From: Klebsormidium nitens
Lineage: Eukaryota > Plantae > Klebsormidiophyceae
NCBI GenBank assembly: GCA_000708835.1
Contig: DF237119.1
Span: 62,001 to 126,000, forward strand
Length of the DNA stretch: 64,000 nucleotides
Direction of reading: 5' to 3'
The notes under the pieces were generated by a model. It was given only the letters and a program-made list of their open reading frames with translations. It was not told where the DNA came from and ran no database searches. Positions within the stretch are counted from its first letter, which is position 1. Each line of letters opens with the position of its first letter. The translations under genes and the position numbers were made by a program. Shown here piece after piece: positions 59,414 to 64,000 of this stretch.

Positions 59414-61868
59414 ATGGAGCGCTCTTCGGCTGCAGCTTCTGCAGCAACTGAAACAGAGCCCGCGCAATCTCAAAAAGAGGAACCCCAAACCTCTGGCGAA
59501 AGGGAGGAGAGCGGAGGAGGGAGCGCGCGCGCGGCCGCGGACGGGCGGCGCATCCTGTGCGCGTACGACGGGTCGAAGGGCGCGCGCGCGGCGTTCGAGT
59601 TCGCCAGCGAAAGACTCGCCTGCCCGTCGGAGCGGAGTGACAGCATAGTCCTTTACGAAGCCGTGGAGTCCATCAGCCGTGAGCTCCGAGTTCACCTACA
59701 ATCACGGACTGGAAATTGATTCTAGAAATTTATTCCAGCAATACAGAATCTTTATAAGCAGTCTTTGTCTTCCATTCTGTGCGGATTACGTTTTCTTCAG
59801 TGTTATGGCGATTGAGAGCGAGGATGGATTCGAAATCAGAATCTTTTGATGGGAAGAGGGCACATTGGGTTAAGACTTGGTCAATTTTCTGCTTGAATTC
59901 ACAGCCTATGAACGTTTTCCGTCAGAGCAATGCTTGTGTTTTTGTCGGTCCCAAATCCGGATCAATCTGAATAGCGATTTGCTTGCCTCGAAATAGCAAC
60001 GGCGGAGAAAGGGATCTTCTAGACGTTATAATCTCTGGTCGATGTCCTGCCTGCGCACAGTCTGCCCAAAAATGGTTTGAAGCACAGTTTGTTTATCAAA
60101 TGCTCTACAAAGAAAGCTCCGATCGCTCAAATCTGCAAGCAAGACTTTAATCATATGGTTCTCCGTCCGCTCTTTTGAAAATTGCTTGCGCCTTAACCTT
60201 CCAACTTCGCTGAAATAGACGAATCCAGTGAATGTGAATCTGGCGTCATCGTCTGACCCGTCAGTGCGCGCGCAGCGGCCACTTCGTTCATGGCCACGGA
60301 GAGCATGATTACGAAGCCGGAGTCGCTCCAGCGAGAAGAGACGCGGCGCATCAACCAGTCCCTCCAGGGACTTCAGGAGCTAGCCATGTCAACTAAGGTA
60401 CGGCCACTCGCAACTTCCTTGAACTTTCCATAACATTCTTGAGTGGATTCTCTGCCAAACAGCACAAGAATACTGAAGAGAGTTGCCGTGAACGTCGAAG
60501 ATTTCTGAAGCGACAGCTTACGTATCGACTGCGCGTGTCGGGAATTGGTATACGTTATTAGGTGCCCATTTGTGTTGCTATTTCTGGACCAAATTACGAA
60601 GCTTTCACGTTTTCCGTACGATCTGAAGGCTTCAGGAATTCGCCTCTAGGGAGAGTGCTGAATGGCTCTTCAAACCATTGCGCCCATATATAATACCGTT
60701 TTTATTTCTTTTTAATGTTATTTAGCCATTGGATGTCTCCGTGGCGGTTGGAAGCGGTGCTGGAAACTCTCACAAGTTTCCTTTCCTTTCTGATAGCTCA
60801 AACCTGAATTGACGCCTTTACGAAGAATCTATGTCCGCCATTTTCGCCGCTCAAAAGGTGCAAATTACCGGAGCAGGTTATAAGCGTCTTGGACACTATT
60901 TTGCGAAATGGAAAAAGTCGAGACCTCCGTTTAGTAAGCAGCATTTGAGACCTTTCAATCTGGAGTTCTGTTCCTCTCGACCGGCAGAGGCTCTCTTCTT
61001 TAAGGGCAAAGGGCTTTGCGTTTTGACCTGGCAGCTCTCTTTCTGAAGCTTCGGTCGCTTTGAGCGCGCGCGCGACTAGCGGCGGTGTGGATGAACCTGA
61101 CGTTATTCCCGGTTCTTGCTCCCAGGTCCCGTGTGAGCCGGTGGTAATGATGGGCGATGCCCGGGAGGCGATTCCCGAGTACATTGCCAAGCACCCGGTG
61201 GACCTCGTCGTGGTGGGCAGTCGGGGAATGAGCGCCATCAAGCGGTGAGCTGAATCTCCTGTATACCCGAGCCTACATAGTTGCGAATCTGTGCCCTTTG
61301 AAAAGTGCACACTTTTGTCGGAATCGTTAAGTTGTGGCCTACCATACTCCAGAACGTGAAAGAACGGAAAATACGGCAGCATATGGCACCAAAACTCAGC
61401 ATTGATCAGAAGCCAATCCAGAGATGGATCCGTGACAACGAGCAACCTTGTGTCGCCTCATGCGAGGTAGGCCCGTGTGTTCTTCAAACCTTAAATGCTC
61501 CCAGATTTACGATAAGTCGTGCGAGAGAAAGTCTGTGAGCAACAACAAGGACAGCAAGTCAATCCGTCCCTCTACTTCGATGAGTCAGAAAGTCCCCAAG
61601 AAACTGCTTATCCCCTTCTGGTTCATCTCCGCAGGTCCCCTCAGCATCTGCATCAATCCTGGGCGGGATCATGATTTCGGGGGACTGCGACCCCATAATT
61701 TATACGAAGCCATCAGAACAGTTTATCTTGAACATGAGTTTCCCTGTAAATAGCAGCTTTACTTGCATCCGTTCCGTGCTCTGCAGATTCTTCTTGGGGA
61801 GCGTCAGCACATTCCTGGTGCAACACTGCACGGTTCCGGTCGTGGTCGTTCCGCCGCCCGCGAAATAA
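59414..61868 (+). CDS. Universal stress protein (USP-C)
   Basis: Exons 59414-59678, 60276-60397, 61126-61244 and 61787-61868 are in phase. Motifs: RILCAYDGSKGARAAF, MGDAREAI, PVDLVVVGSRGMSAIKRFFLGSVSTFLVQHCTVPVVVVP. Confidence 0.93.
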
Positions 61869-62938
61869 GGGTAGCCCGTCGTGACACGTGGCAGGACCTG
61901 AGTCGTATCCGCATAGGTTGCCTACTACCTAGACGCATTCTCCACAAAAGTTACCTCGGAAGCATACGTAGATAGTTTACTGCGTATGACTTGAATGCTT
62001 GGGCACATGTGCAGACGTCTTTAAAACTGGGAGAATATCCAGTATTGGTTGCCCGATAGCCGTGGATAAATGTGTTTGATCAGCAGTAGGATTGCCTTTT
62101 GACTGATATAAAGCTGCGTGATGTAGACAGGGATGATTGCACCGTCAATGATCTTGTGCACTTGGGTAGAAATATTCGGGCACTTTCTAGCCATCTGATC
62201 CAGGATGCAAGACTTGTAAACTTCCCCCCTTTTCGTTTACGGAACGCGTCCCAGAAATGCTCATAGATTCGCTTGCGCGGAGCAGTGTCTTGGCTTGACA
62301 GAACGAGAGAAATGTTCTATCGAGTAGAATGAGGTATGCGGCGTCCCCCGACGGCTTACAATCGTTGCGATTTGTGGCGCGTCGAAAACGCTATCCAATT
62401 ACAAGGCGACGTCGTTCACTGGCATAGTCGCTGATATTCCGACTTTGCCGATGCTACGTGAGATGTTTCTTGGGCTTACGGTAAGGGAGCCCACTTTCTC
62501 CCTTGCTTTGGAACCAGGATCAAGCGCGGGTGCTTGAGGCCCTTATGTGCATCATAAAAGACCATATCCACGGCCTCTTGAAGGTGCCCGAGGATCGACT
62601 ATGCAGAGCTTCGCAAACATAAGAAAAGATCGCGATGTAGCTGATGCATAGGGTTTCACTCAAAACGGACCTTCAGTTGCAGACCGTTACCTGGTCTGAT
62701 CAAATACGTGCATCAGTGACAGCGTTCCCAGATAATTGTGTTTCAACTTAGACGTAGCGCTGCAAGCATATCGGCGTCACGGCGCAAACATCTAGGCACC
62801 AATATAGACAACTATGATCGTATGATCGTGTCTTAACAGCTATTGCAGACTTCGAAAAGATTCTCGTTTGCTTCTACTTCTCGTTTGCTGGAGGCCGTAC
62901 CTAACAGCTATAGTCTTCGAAGAGATCCCCGTTCGCTG

Positions 62939-63872
62939 CTACTCTCCGTCTGCCTGAGCCCGGACGACCATGACCGGGACGGGGCTGTGGTCGACAAGAT
63001 ACGAACTGACGCTGCCCAAGAATAGCCTACAAGGCCGAGGGAGAGGGGTTAAAAGGCGATAAGAGGGGTTAACAGGGAGTAAGAGGGCTTAATGAATGAC
63101 GTGGCACTAACCACCGCCAGCACCTAACTCTTGCTAACCAAAATTGGTCGATGGCGGCTTTTCTCTGCCATTCGGCTGCTTAGAAGATGCATCAGACGTC
63201 AGCACGCCTTCCCTACGATTAAAGGCTTGAAAATTGGGAAAAAGTGGTTCTGCGCGCTTTTACGGTCGGGAGCTTCTGTAGATGGATTGGTGTGGTGTTC
63301 CGGGATTGATCTCTCTCTGGCCCATGCAGAGCCTTTATGAGCTGATTGACTTCCGACAGACCATAAGATCGATGGCTTCCTACAAGGCATCCCGGGCGGC
63401 CGTCTGACTTCCTCAAGTTCGCAGTAAGATAAATGGGATGAATCGGCGGCACTAGGACGCTATTCACAATTGCACTTACAGCGGTCAAAAGGTGTCCCAA
63501 CTCTGAGAGACGTGTCCCAAGATCATCTTCCGATCGACAGATACAGCTTACCTCCATACGCGCCTGCTCAGCCGAACCAATGTTTCCCAGCGAAGATAGC
63601 TGCCCAACGGCCGAATATTAAAAATTCTCCTGGGTTGGACTGATTAATAATGTCCCCTTGAGCCATGCGCTTTGTACACATCTGCAAATCCAGGCGCACA
63701 ATCATAGGCAGTAGAATACCTGAGGCTTCAGAAGAGGGTCAGAAAATGCTCACCGTCTCGTAGTGCTGAGACCCCGGCTGCCCACCACTAGGAGGTCCAC
63801 CGGGTGCTTTGCGACGTACTCGGGGATCAACTCCCGGGGATCCCCCAAAAGCACCACCGACTCGGTGTGAAC
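62939..63872 (-). CDS. Universal stress protein (USP-D), 5'-partial (last two exons)
   Basis: Exons 63872-63754 (119 nt) and 63026-62939 give VHTESVVLLGDPRELIPEYVAKHPVDLLVVGSRGLSTTRRLFLGSVSSYLVDHSPVPVMVVRAQADGE*. Confidence 0.9.
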
Positions 63873-64000
63873 CTGCGCGCAACCTTCTCACCTTCAAGAC
63901 GGTTATCAAGCGCCTCGTGCCCGTTGAAATTTGACAGAGCCCTTGGTGGTCTACAGATTGGATTCGAGCATCCGTCGCCGCCCGTTAATTATGTTAATCT

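Overview
Intron-rich eukaryotic nuclear DNA with canonical GT-AG introns, very often with GTGAG/GTAAG/GTACG donors. The gene content (BIN4, golgin GC3/GC4, VTE5-type phytol kinase) and style suggest a streptophyte green alga such as Klebsormidium; this is an inference. Splicing the exons by hand gives these genes in order: (1) 3' part of an ankyrin-repeat protein with a 3.1-kb last exon; (2) an 8-exon bacterial-type NagD HAD phosphatase with a long presequence; (3) a 6-exon gene missed by the ORF track whose C-terminal ~200 aa align colinearly with animal CNRIP1/CRIP1a (CB1 cannabinoid receptor-interacting protein); (4) BIN4 (topoisomerase VI accessory subunit); (5) a phytol/farnesol kinase; (6) a conserved plant coiled-coil protein; (7) a 17-exon GRAB-domain golgin; (8) a GC-rich, apparently intronless, frameshifted gene of a probable bacterial/viral family; (9) a 19-kb block with four universal-stress-protein (USP) paralogs of shared exon architecture interleaved with two paralogous triple-C4 zinc-finger genes. 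Several tandem duplications sit on splice junctions, three of them with a ~173-bp period, and one creates in-frame cassette mini-exons. No rRNA, tRNA, CRISPR array or autonomous transposon was seen.
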